Of a DNA stretch of 64,000 bases, positions 1 to 9,401 are shown piece by piece. How positions within the stretch are numbered: the first letter of the stretch is position 1; every line of letters begins with the position of its first letter. A program made the translations under genes and the position numbers. The stretch covers positions 2,080,001 through 2,144,000 of the forward strand of contig OZ242326.1 of the NCBI GenBank assembly GCA_965208325.1, read 5' to 3'. This DNA is from Candidatus Poribacteria bacterium (GTDB taxonomy: Bacteria; Poribacteria; WGA-4E; PCPOR2b). The notes beneath the pieces are model-generated. The model was not told the DNA's origin and searched no databases. It saw nothing but the letters and a program-made list of their open reading frames with translations.

Positions 1-469
1 CGCCGAAACGGCTGCCAAGCGGCAAAAACATACTCCAAAACAACAACACTCGCAGCACATGGTCACCGCCTTGAAGTACCTGCGGGTTTCGCCGATGCAA
101 CGACAGTATCAATAGCCAAACAATCGGAGTTACTAGCCGTGTATGGTAACCAACGAGCATTGCAAGGGCGAATGCACCCGTAATGAGGAATAAAATCGCT
201 TGAAACTCAACGGAACCATTGAACAAGTGCAGCGAAAATCCCCCTAAGGGAAGCCGCTTTCGCGCCGGTGCTATCGGCCATGCACCTTCGTCCGCATAAT
301 GCGCAGTCAAATCACCCGCACGCGTCAACAAGTCAACCAGAATCAATGTGGCGATTGCAATGCGAAACACCGCTAGTGACCGCAAATCTATCGAAAGTAC
401 TTCGCAGATTCTGGGAAACCACAGCGACGATTTGCTTGCCAAGAATGTGTAAAGGTTTGTGAGTTTCAA
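1..469 (-). CDS. HTTM-domain membrane protein, N-terminal part (runs off the window start)
   Basis: Not in the ORF track. Manual translation of the minus strand: ...IDLRSLAVFRIAIATLILVDLLTRAGDLTAHYADEG...LVGYHTR...RNPQVLQGGDHVLRVLLFWSMFLPLG, typical HTTM motifs. Probable TTG start at 469. Confidence 0.75.
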   Translation of the reverse strand, partial: MKLTNLYTFLASKSSLWFPRICEVLSIDLRSLAVFRIAIATLILVDLLTRAGDLTAHYADEGAWPIAPARKRLPLGGFSLHLFNGSVEFQAILFLITGAFALAMLVGYHTRLVTPIVWLLILSLHRRNPQVLQGGDHVLRVLLFWSMFLPLGSRFG

Positions 470-684
470 CCCGCCTGTCCCAAAAGTACAATCCCGGTTT
501 CTCACGAGTACGGAATTTCCGAGGAGGCTCGCTCAATTCAAATTTCTACAACAACCGTCAATCTAGCGCACGCGGTACGTCCGAAAACCGATGCCTGCGC
601 AAGTTACGGTCGGGAGTCGAATAGATATCTGACGCCATGGGTTTTGACCATTTTTTCCACGTTTCACGCCGCTTTTTCAGCTAT

Positions 685-2046
685 TTATTCATTTTCACCT
701 ACTCGGGGTTCTTCTCGGCCTTTGTTTTCTTCCCTCCTTTTGGAATTCCGCAGCGTTTTGGAGATTTGTGAATCGAATTGATCGGAAATTCCAAGTAAAC
801 ATTCCAGTAATTTAACTCCGTCCTGATAATTCCCGACAAGTATTTCGCTCTCACCTGCAGCGATTAACCGTCTGATAGCGTTCATGTCAACGGACGCCAG
901 TCTCCGATACATCGCCCTAGTTTTATCCCATGCAGCTACCTCTTTATAGCAAATTCCAAGGTTTAGATAGAGGTTAGGAAGGTCTATATCGCGCACCCCC
1001 AGATCGAGGGCTTTTTCTAAACAAGCGCCGGCACGCTTGTAATCTTCCGACATATAATGCATTAAACCCAAATTATAGACTACATCATTCAGCAAAGCGC
1101 CATCTCCAGCCATACTTGCCTTTACGTCTGGCCCCTCAAGTAAACCGCTTGCCTTCAACAGACGACGTGGATTGTATCCAAATGTTGGCGATGCCAACCA
1201 ACTTTTGAATTCCGCCCGTCGATTTAGGGATGGCTTTGGCGCCGCATCGCGTATCTGGGTAAGCGTTTGATTTTTGTTATTCGGAAGCGGCTCGGGCGGT
1301 AATTTTGCCGATGTTTCCGCATTAGAAACCACAAAGCCACCAAGTGCTGCCAGTCGTTGCTGCGCAAGCGCGCATTCCTCCGCCGCATTTGGAAACTCAG
1401 CAATTACTCGCCGATAGGTCTCCGCCGCATTTTCTGAGGAATTAAGGGATTCATGAATTGTTCCGACCTTCAATAACACTCCAGGAATACGCGAATCAGC
1501 GGGGTAACGGGTTTCATAATTTGCTAACGCTTTGAGCGCAGCCGTGTTTGCCCCCAGTTGGACGTAGCAATCGGCAAGATGCAATCGTGCTGTTCGAGTT
1601 CGTGGATCCTGGGAAAAATCTAGGATGAATTGAAGGTATCTGTTCCGGGCATCATCATAGCTCCCGTTTTCATAGCTCCGGTTTGCAAGCAGCCACAACG
1701 CATCACCCGCCTGTGAACTTGTCGGATAAGATTGGACGATTTTCTTAAAAATCTTTATTGCTTTTTCATCTTCACCGGGCTGTCCGCTGTAAATCATCCC
1801 AATTTTGAGATGGGCAATTCGAGCTTGTTCTGAGCCGGGATTGGCTCGCATAATCTGCAAGTTACGGACTATCGCGCTTTGAGGGTTTCCATCGGGAAGC
1901 TGATTTTCAATGCGCAACATGGGTGACCGGGAGGAACAACTCACCGCCCACAAGAAGAACCAAATTGCTCCGAGACGAAACATAACGTACCGCAGGGCAC
2001 ACGTTGCCATAGGGATATGAGTATCTTCTACGAAACGCAAGTTCAA
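685..2046 (-). CDS. TPR-repeat (BamD/CpoB-like) probable lipoprotein
   Basis: Repeated TPR helices (YPTSSQAGDALW, YPADSRIPGVLLKVG, VVYNLGLMHY). Lipobox-like WAVSC suggests the real start is near 1983. Confidence 0.75.
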   Translation of the reverse strand: MNLRFVEDTHIPMATCALRYVMFRLGAIWFFLWAVSCSSRSPMLRIENQLPDGNPQSAIVRNLQIMRANPGSEQARIAHLKIGMIYSGQPGEDEKAIKIFKKIVQSYPTSSQAGDALWLLANRSYENGSYDDARNRYLQFILDFSQDPRTRTARLHLADCYVQLGANTAALKALANYETRYPADSRIPGVLLKVGTIHESLNSSENAAETYRRVIAEFPNAAEECALAQQRLAALGGFVVSNAETSAKLPPEPLPNNKNQTLTQIRDAAPKPSLNRRAEFKSWLASPTFGYNPRRLLKASGLLEGPDVKASMAGDGALLNDVVYNLGLMHYMSEDYKRAGACLEKALDLGVRDIDLPNLYLNLGICYKEVAAWDKTRAMYRRLASVDMNAIRRLIAAGESEILVGNYQDGVKLLECLLGISDQFDSQISKTLRNSKRREENKGREEPRVGENE

Positions 2047-2118
2047 ATGATGGTTGGCTATCTAGCGCGCACGACCTACTGAATGTCCATTGAAACGTCT
2101 ACAAACTGAATGAAAAAC

Positions 2119-2157
2119 AAAAAAGGACAATATGTACACGACATATTGTCCTTTTTT
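2119..2157 (-). terminator. Rho-independent terminator (could act in both directions)
   Basis: Perfect stem AAAAAAGGACAATATGT-acacg-ACATATTGTCCTTTTTT just downstream of the 2195-2890 gene. Confidence 0.8.
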
Positions 2158-2194
2158 GCATACTGGAACCTTTAAGCTAAAATAAAAACCGCAA

Positions 2195-2890
2195 TTATTC
2201 TTTGCCTTTGGTTGTGAATGAAATTGAGTCGGACAATTCATTCCCGGCTCCGTCCGCGGTCGAAACTGAAATCTCATACGATGTTTCGTTGCCAAGTTCC
2301 GCGCCTTTTGCAGGAACAATTGTTACAGAGTTATCACTCCATTCTGCCAACCAATTGAGCGCGTCTCCACCCTCGATTGAGATTGAGATATCGCCCTCGC
2401 TAACATTTTCGCTGAACGTAATGGAGATGCCGTCCGTGTTCAGTCCTGCCGGGTCAACGTCTTTGTCACCGTCACTTACCGAACTGTCCGTAATGGTGGG
2501 CGGGTCCGTGTCAGCGGTTTCTTGTATGGTTAAGGCGACACTTGCCGATCCGGCAGTACCGTCTTTGTTTGTCCAGCCGATGTTCAGCGTTGCGCTCCCC
2601 GCCGGCAAATTAAGACCTGCAAGATTTAAGGACCAGGTTTTCCCGGAACCCGCAGCAGCCGTGCCATTAACCGTCACGCCGTCAACTGCTTCATCCAGCG
2701 TAATTGTGAGGTTCGCATTTGGAGCAACTTCGCTGCCCGCTGCGGGCGACGTAGTAGCGGTCGTCGCCGAAGGCTGTACCACAGCATCCTCACCATCGTC
2801 CTCACCAGTCTCGTCGCCACCACAGCCGACCATAAAAACAACTAGCATTGCAGCCATTATAACAGCTAAGGTTCTCAACAATTTTTGCAT
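2195..2890 (-). CDS. Lipoprotein with two Ig-like (Big_5/SbsA-type) domains
   Basis: Lipobox MVGC, acidic linker, DTDPPTITDSS...ISITFSENV...ADGAGN motifs. Confidence 0.75.
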   Translation of the reverse strand: MQKLLRTLAVIMAAMLVVFMVGCGGDETGEDDGEDAVVQPSATTATTSPAAGSEVAPNANLTITLDEAVDGVTVNGTAAAGSGKTWSLNLAGLNLPAGSATLNIGWTNKDGTAGSASVALTIQETADTDPPTITDSSVSDGDKDVDPAGLNTDGISITFSENVSEGDISISIEGGDALNWLAEWSDNSVTIVPAKGAELGNETSYEISVSTADGAGNELSDSISFTTKGKE

Positions 2891-3731
2891 TAGATTACTC
2901 CTTCATGAAAGAAATTTAAAAACGACAAAATGACTGTGTCAAATTTTTGCAACCTGATACAGTTTTCAACGTCAAATCCTTTGTATTCCCTCTCGGGAAG
3001 ATGGTTAAGACGAATATTCAGACCGCTGTTGGAAACGCCTTCGAGCCAACAACAATTCCAAATTGAAATTGAAACGTTGTTTGAAATCAGATGCGAGCAT
3101 TTTCGATTGACAAACGCTCTTGTGTCTTGCTTTTCCTGAAACGTGGATTATAGTCTACCAAATTTTACAATTTTTGTAAAGAAAAATCTTCACATAAATT
3201 GAAAAATTCGGTCATTAGTAAATCCTGCTTCAACGAGCATTGCTGAAAACTCAAGCGTTGGTTATTGGAATAACTGTTTCAGATAAAGTCTTCCTGCCAA
3301 CAATAGCCGCAGCCCGTTGATTCACATGCGCAGGTTTACGCTTTTTGCAAAGGATTGCCGGTGGGGCCGGTATTTACCGATTCAAACGCGAGCCAAAGTT
3401 CTCTACCGGACACATATACAGTTTTAGTCATTTTCCGCCGCCACGCTCAATCTCAAACTAAGGCATTTGGGCGGAAAAACCAGACACATACAGAAACTCT
3501 CGCCCATTCTCTTTTTGAGAATGGCGCAAGTATAGCACATTACAAAAAACTTTGCAACAAAAAATTGAACGGTATTTCTCAACCGCAAGCAAATGTTCAG
3601 AAAACTCGAATTCATGCTTGTTAGCGCAACCGAACGAACTCTGAAATCTTTGTAAATCAATCCCAATATCAATTAGCTATGCTCTTAAGCCTACGTGAGG
3701 CGAATTACTTGCCTGTTACGGCAATTTCCGG

Positions 3732-4628
3732 TTAATCTCCCCATGCGGCGCCTCGGGGAACCCACAACCATTGCCCTTCATAAATTCGATCGCGGTCAAA
3801 ATCGTAATCATCTTGATTAGCTTCGACCAGCCTTGGCCAGAGTTTGTCGTTGTCATAAACCTCCGGGCGAGCGGCAATCGTTGGGAGTGTATCACCTTTA
3901 CGAACATGGTATCGGTTCACCTTCTCAGGTGAAGCAATTGTAAAGCTAAACGAATAAGGTTCAGACATAGCGTTGCCAGCCGTGTCCGTGACACCGGACA
4001 CAGTAACACTGTATTGCCGCCCTGCCCGCATCGGTGCGTCCGAAACAAAGGTCACCATATTGTCGGATCCGCCGATATTTCCCAAAACTGGACCGGATTC
4101 CTGGCTCATTGAGTCCGGGGTCGGTTCAACTTGAACTGCAATAGCGCCTGATTGACTATCGACGTTTTCGTCAAAAGTAATCGACACGGCAACATTCACC
4201 TTCAGTGAATCATCATACTCAGCTATTATTGTCCCATCTGAAGGTTCTGACGCAGTAATGTTCGGCGGGGTAGCATCAGTGTAAACGAATTTTTGACCTA
4301 ATGTCACCGGTTCTTCAGGTTTACTGTTGTTTGTTACCACAACCGCAGCGGATTGCCCCGCCATGCCCGCCGGCGTTACTGCTGTAATTTCAGTTTCGCT
4401 TGGAACATTTACATTGGTGCCCGCTTTCCCGTCGAAAGTCACAACCACACCGTTCTTCATGTCAAACTTGTCGCCTGAGATTCTGACCGTTGTCCCACCT
4501 GTCTCCGGCCCTTCAGTTGGGCTCATACTTTGCGGTTCAGGTGGAGAAGCGCAACCCGCGCAGCCGGATATCCATGCGGCCACAAATGTCAAAGCAACAA
4601 TTGTTGTGAAATTTCTGAATTTCCTCAT
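3732..4628 (-). CDS. Lipoprotein with IPT/TIG, Big_5 Ig-like and C-terminal LysM domains
   Basis: Lipobox ISGC; SPTEGPETGGTTVRISG (IPT); VTDTAGN (Big_5); YHVRKGDTLPTIA...LVEAN...IYEGQWLWVP (LysM). Confidence 0.8.
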   Translation of the reverse strand: MRKFRNFTTIVALTFVAAWISGCAGCASPPEPQSMSPTEGPETGGTTVRISGDKFDMKNGVVVTFDGKAGTNVNVPSETEITAVTPAGMAGQSAAVVVTNNSKPEEPVTLGQKFVYTDATPPNITASEPSDGTIIAEYDDSLKVNVAVSITFDENVDSQSGAIAVQVEPTPDSMSQESGPVLGNIGGSDNMVTFVSDAPMRAGRQYSVTVSGVTDTAGNAMSEPYSFSFTIASPEKVNRYHVRKGDTLPTIAARPEVYDNDKLWPRLVEANQDDYDFDRDRIYEGQWLWVPRGAAWGD

Positions 4629-4721
4629 GCGTTTTTCTCCTGAACAATTAAGGTTTGAAAATCACCCAATGCGAAGTCGCGTAGCGATTAAAGCGGTTAT
4701 ATTCAATCGGCAATTTCTTCT

Positions 4722-4750
4722 AGTATACAGGCTAACACGAACTTTGTCAA
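4722..4750 (-). promoter_or_regulatory. Sigma70-type promoter of the LysM lipoprotein gene
   Basis: Minus strand TTGACA-17 bp-TATACT. Confidence 0.65.
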
Positions 4751-4812
4751 CAGCAAAACGGACTGAATGTGACCAAATGCCGTTTGCCGTCTGCGACGCG
4801 TAGGCCTAAGTT

Positions 4813-6072
4813 CTATAGTCTGACAATATCTGCACCAACGTTCGCTAATTTCGTTTCGATAGATTCATATCCCCGATCGATGTGGTAGACACGAGCTACA
4901 ACGGTTTCACCTTTTGCCACCATACCGGCGAGCACCAAAACCGCCCCGGCCCGAAGGTCGGATGCCATGACTGGCGCTCCGCTAAGCTTATCGACGCCGC
5001 GAATTATGGCGCGGTTACCCTCAATGTCGATATTGGCGCCCATACGGTTTAGTTCGCTGACATGCATGAATCGATCTGTATGTATAGTCTCGGTAACTGT
5101 ACTGATTCCAGGGGTAACGCTGAGAAGTCCAATAATCTGCGCCTGCATGTCTGTCGGGAAACCTGGAAATGCCTCTGTATTGACGTCGATAGCGGCTAGT
5201 TGGCGAGGCGTTGTGACACGAACGCCGTTCTCTTCCCAATCCAATTGAACACCCGCTTCAAGTAGTTTGTCTGAAACTGCACCAAGGTGATTGCGGAGCG
5301 CATTTTTCACAAAGACATCACCGTTAGTAATTGCACTCGCTACCATGAATGTGCCTGTCTCAATGTCATCTGGAATCACGGTATACTCAGTGCCTCGTAA
5401 TTGCTTGACACCGTGAATTTTCAGAACTGGTGTTCCAACGCCTTTTATTTCTGCTCCCATCGCATTGAGAAAGTTCGCAAGATCGACGATGTGCGGTTCA
5501 CGAGCGGCATTGCGAATGGTTGTTGCGCCTTCCGCCAATGCAGCGGCCATCATGACGTTCGCTGTTGCGCCGACGCTTGGCCCATACCTGCCCTTCAAAT
5601 TCATTTTAGCGCCAATCAATCGATCGGCTTCCGCAGTTATGTAACCGCCTTCGACCGTAATTCTTGCTCCCAGGCACTCTAACCCTTTCAAGTGCAGGTC
5701 TATAGGACGCGGCCCAATCGAGCATCCACCAGGAAACGCGACTTTTGCCTTACCTAAGCGCGCGACGAGGGGACCCAAAACGTACACTGATGCGCGCATC
5801 TTCCGAACCAAATCATAGGGCGCTTCGTAAGCCATGCGGTTTATCGGCTTGATATGGAGCGTGGCATTTTTGTACTTCGCCGTTGCTCCCAGCGTTTCAA
5901 GGACACCGCATAGCGTCTCAACGTCCCTGAGATTTGGAACATTGTGGATGACGCTTGCGCCATCCGCTAAGATTGCTGCAGCAATGGCAATGGGAAGCGC
6001 GGCGTTTTTTGAACCGCTGACGGATACGGTGCCTTCAAGCCGTTTGCCGCCATTGATAACTAATTTATCCAT
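4813..6072 (-). CDS. murA: UDP-N-acetylglucosamine 1-carboxyvinyltransferase
   Basis: GSKNAALP, KMRAS, PGGCSIGPRPIDLH (catalytic Cys), PGFPTDMQAQ, DLRAGA, HIDRGYE. Confidence 0.97.
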   Translation of the reverse strand: MDKLVINGGKRLEGTVSVSGSKNAALPIAIAAAILADGASVIHNVPNLRDVETLCGVLETLGATAKYKNATLHIKPINRMAYEAPYDLVRKMRASVYVLGPLVARLGKAKVAFPGGCSIGPRPIDLHLKGLECLGARITVEGGYITAEADRLIGAKMNLKGRYGPSVGATANVMMAAALAEGATTIRNAAREPHIVDLANFLNAMGAEIKGVGTPVLKIHGVKQLRGTEYTVIPDDIETGTFMVASAITNGDVFVKNALRNHLGAVSDKLLEAGVQLDWEENGVRVTTPRQLAAIDVNTEAFPGFPTDMQAQIIGLLSVTPGISTVTETIHTDRFMHVSELNRMGANIDIEGNRAIIRGVDKLSGAPVMASDLRAGAVLVLAGMVAKGETVVARVYHIDRGYESIETKLANVGADIVRL

Positions 6073-6391
6073 CGTACAGCCTCCTTGTTATCTAATCGCC
6101 GGTGTCATGTCGTATCAAGCACGTGTGAGGACAAATTGACAAGTCTCGATTTTACCTATGTTCCATTTCCTTAATGGCATGACACTAGCAAAATGACTTC
6201 CTTGTGTTATGAACCAACGATATCAACACGCCGTTCGTTTCGCTGAAGGCTAAACCGGTTTTAAATTCAGATGCACGGTGTCAAGAGAACGCCGCGTCTG
6301 CATTCCGCCGCAGGTTATGGATTTGCTGCGGGGATATTGACTGATGAGTGTTGATCGGCGAGGAATTGTGGTTCCGTTTGCGTATCGGTTT

Positions 6392-6955
6392 CTAGAAGGG
6401 TCTGCCCATCCGGTTGAGGGCTGCAGGGACTTCATTCCTAACGGGTTTGATTGTTTTCAGATACGCCCACATCGCCTTAAGATCGGCATCGCTCATGTTT
6501 GCGTAAGCGTTTTTGGGCATCGGCGGGAGAATGCGCCGATTATTTTTGTCACCTTGATGGAATCCGGTCCGCATTGCATCAATAAACATTTTTTCTGTCC
6601 ATTCACCCAGTCCTGTTTCGTTATGGGGCGTCAGATTCGCGGCAAATGTTGTTCCGAAGGGACCGGAAAATGCGGCTAGTGTAGGAGCAGTTAACATGAA
6701 AATATCCTGTTGTATCAAACTAAAATTGTATTTGGGATGTGGTGCATTTGCCGGATGTCCGGCGAGGTACATTTTCATGTTTGGTTCAGCTCGTTCGCGC
6801 GGTGTGTGACAATGACCACAAGCCCCGACCGCATCCACAAGATATTTTCCGCGTTTGACCATGTCACCTTGGCTTTGCGCACGATTAAAAGTAAGTATCG
6901 TGAGCGTTAATGTTGAAATAATTATTGCCCCAAGTATCCACCTTTTTTTGCTCAT
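6392..6955 (-). CDS. Exported c-type cytochrome (one CXXCH)
   Basis: Signal peptide; RGKYLVDAVGACGHCHTP, ANLTP..TGLG.W, PPMP (possible axial Met). Confidence 0.85.
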   Translation of the reverse strand: MSKKRWILGAIIISTLTLTILTFNRAQSQGDMVKRGKYLVDAVGACGHCHTPRERAEPNMKMYLAGHPANAPHPKYNFSLIQQDIFMLTAPTLAAFSGPFGTTFAANLTPHNETGLGEWTEKMFIDAMRTGFHQGDKNNRRILPPMPKNAYANMSDADLKAMWAYLKTIKPVRNEVPAALNRMGRPF

Positions 6956-7213
6956 CCCTTTTGTCCCCTTTTTATGATGGTTAGTAAGCCAACTCAAAAA
7001 ACCTCAAACCATAGTGAATTATATCACTGCTTATATCCGTTTTCAATATTGGCTTTTGCCCATGCACCGATTGAACCCAATTATTTTGATTGCCCTAAGC
7101 ATTCAAATTCGGCTTGATCCTACGAGCGAAGTTTGATAGACTTTTCACGAGAAATAAGAGCGAATTTATGCTTTGCTTTCAACACAGCACATCAACGCGG
7201 AATGAGGCCAATT

Positions 7214-7624
7214 ATGGACTGTATTTTTTGCGCTATAGCTGGGAACGCAATACCAGCTACGAAAGTCTACGAAGAAGACCAGATTCTCGCTTTTATGGAT
7301 ATCAACCCGGCGAATCCGGGACATCTTCTTGTCATTCCGAAACGACATTATCGAAACATTTTTGACATTGACGCCGAGACGGCTGGAAAGATTATGCAAG
7401 TTGGAACGCAGCTTGCGAGCGTCATAAAAACAGCCCTGAATCCAGATGGGCTCAATTTGTTACAGTCGAGCGAGCCCGCGGCATTCCAAACTGTATTTCA
7501 TTTTCACTTACATCTCATCCCACGTTGGGAAGACGATACGCTAGTTCTGCCGTGGAAACCTCAACAGGGCGATATGAATCAGATTGCGGAAGTTGCGGAT
7601 AAAATTAGACAGCACATTCAATAA
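7214..7624 (+). CDS. HIT family hydrolase
   Basis: MDCIFCAI...DINPANPGHLLVIPKRH...HFHLHLIPR. Confidence 0.93.
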   Translation: MDCIFCAIAGNAIPATKVYEEDQILAFMDINPANPGHLLVIPKRHYRNIFDIDAETAGKIMQVGTQLASVIKTALNPDGLNLLQSSEPAAFQTVFHFHLHLIPRWEDDTLVLPWKPQQGDMNQIAEVADKIRQHIQ

Positions 7625-7839
7625 CCGGTAGAGGTGATTGCTTTTGCAGTGCGGAGATGTCAATCAACCGTGGCGCAAGATGTGAAAAGCGATTAGAAAC
7701 CATCGGCACTACTGCGATTATCATTGGCCCGCTTAAACTCAGGCAATGATTGATTATTTCGGATATGAATTCCCTGTGGAGCAATCTGATAAAATTACTT
7801 GTCACACTCGAAAATTATAAGAGTAAAATATTTTTTCAA

Positions 7840-8207
7840 GAGCCTGTTTGAACAATTGGTGCCAAAGCCATTCTTGGGCGTTTGAGTCGGTATAACCGGT
7901 GGAACTTCTATAGCGCGGTTTTTCTATCGCCTTCGCTATTCGTTCAGTCGATTTTATTCGGGCGCTTGATTCCACCAAATGCTTTACTCCAGCATTGTGC
8001 GGGGCAAGATGCCCCGCCTACAAGGCGTGGTGATACACGCTGGGCAAGGAAGTTCTCTAGCGCGCGGGATTTACTATCGCCCTCGTTATTCGCTCAGTTG
8101 ATTCTATTCAGGCGCTTGAACCCCGCCTACCGAGGGTAGTGAGGTGCTATACACCTGCCGCCCCTCCGGGGCTATCGGGTGGTGGAATTATTTTGGAAAG
8201 ATGTCTA
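7840..8207 (+). mobile_element. MITE-like composite repeat, family A copy 1 (right end degenerate)
   Basis: Left end GAGCCTGTTTGAA. Internal blocks (TTCTTGGGCGTTTGA, GGGATTTACTATCGCC, GCGGGGCAAGATGCCCCGCCTAC) are shared with the copies at 21.4, 37.1 and 59.2 kb. Confidence 0.75.
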
Positions 8208-8243
8208 TTAATCAGATGCGGCTTCATGCCAAAATTCTTGGTC

Positions 8244-8289
8244 AAAAAAAAGGCAGGAGGCGAAATTTCTACCTCCTGCCACGTTTTTT
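8244..8289 (-). terminator. Rho-independent terminator after iscA
   Basis: Minus strand GGCAGGAGG-loop-CCTCCTGCC followed by T8. Confidence 0.8.
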
Positions 8290-8302
8290 CGTGAAAACGA
8301 CC

Positions 8303-8644
8303 TTATACGCTGAAAGATTCTCCGCAGCCACATGTGGACTTCGCATTGGGGTTGGTGATTTTGAAACCCGAATCCATTAATCCGTCTGCGTAATCTAGCG
8401 TTGAACCGGCGAGGTAGAGCGTACTGCGTGGATCCAGAAATATTTTTACACCATAATGCTCAAAGACTTTGTCGCCACTTCGTGGTTCGTCGAATCCAAG
8501 TTCGTACTGAAAGCCGGAACACCCCCCACCAACCACCTTCATACGCAAGCCGTACTCTTTCTCAGCGTGGTAATCATCATCATTTTTTGCCGTTTCAAGC
8601 AATGTGAGCGTTTTCTTGGCGGCCGATTCCGTTACAGTAATCAT
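8303..8644 (-). CDS. iscA: A-type Fe-S carrier (IscA/HesB/ErpA family)
   Basis: MITVTESAA start with GGAGG RBS; GGCSG and CGCGESF motifs. Confidence 0.9.
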   Translation of the reverse strand: MITVTESAAKKTLTLLETAKNDDDYHAEKEYGLRMKVVGGGCSGFQYELGFDEPRSGDKVFEHYGVKIFLDPRSTLYLAGSTLDYADGLMDSGFKITNPNAKSTCGCGESFSV

Positions 8645-9038
8645 ACGAACCCTCCTCCTTTCTAATTTCTCGAATTTCACGCGAAAAATAGTCGTGAATT
8701 GCTGTCTTCAATACCTCTACAGCTAGCGCAAGAAATCGAGTTTTGTCTGGCGGCAGGTTACCGAGTGCCGCCTCAACTTGAGAATCTGTAATATTCAATG
8801 CTTCTTCGATTGAAATCCCTTTGATGAGTTCGGTTAATGCTGAATTTGCCGCAATCGCAGCGACACAACCAATGGTCCTGAATTTAGCGTCAACAATCCG
8901 GTTTTGGGAAATTTTGATTGTGAGTTTCATCAAGTCACTATCTGCGGGGGTTCCGACGATTCCTACCCCATCCGCATCCTTAATCGTACCGAGATTGCGC
9001 GGATATTTGTAATGATCGATAACCTGTTGCGTATACAT
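8595..9038 (-). CDS. IscU/NifU-N-like protein with degenerate Cys ligands
   Basis: VIDHYKYPRNLG, AKFRTIGCVAAIA and LGNLPPDK fit the IscU fold, but two of the three conserved Cys are missing. Confidence 0.8.
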   Translation of the reverse strand: MYTQQVIDHYKYPRNLGTIKDADGVGIVGTPADSDLMKLTIKISQNRIVDAKFRTIGCVAAIAANSALTELIKGISIEEALNITDSQVEAALGNLPPDKTRFLALAVEVLKTAIHDYFSREIREIRKEEGSYDYCNGIGRQENAHIA

Positions 9039-9088
9039 AATGATTTAATGTTTGCAAGCTACACTGAAGGCACGGGTAAGTTAGCATA

Positions 9089-9117
9089 ATTATATTCCAC
9101 TACGCTGCAAATGTCAA
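9089..9117 (-). promoter_or_regulatory. Consensus sigma70 promoter for the iscU-like/iscA pair
   Basis: Minus strand TTGACA-17 bp-TATAAT. Confidence 0.8.
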
Positions 9118-9401
9118 ATGTCATTTTCGAAACCCGTACTGAAATTACAATTATCATGACTGCTTAATTCTGAGCGGCAGTAACGTTTGATTTTAGGTAT
9201 CAAACGCCCGTCAATTGCCTTCGACAAATCCATTTACTTTGTCGAAGAATTGATGTATAATCAACAAAAATTGATGTCACAGATTTTATGTTTTAATTAT
9301 TTTCAAGCGGGCGACTATATAGAAACCGAAACGGCTAATGCGCAAGACGTAGTGTAACTTCCAAGGGAAGCGAGCTGTACGCACAGGTTATTGAATTCAA
9401 G

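Noticed and set aside
2202..2933. 243-aa plus-strand ORF and the other antisense ORFs in the track
   Set aside because: They are shadows of well-supported genes on the opposite strand and have no motifs of their own.
7882..8380. Small ORFs over the MITE-like repeats (also at 15.3 and 21.5 kb)
   Set aside because: They are translations of non-coding repeats, and the frames are not conserved between copies.
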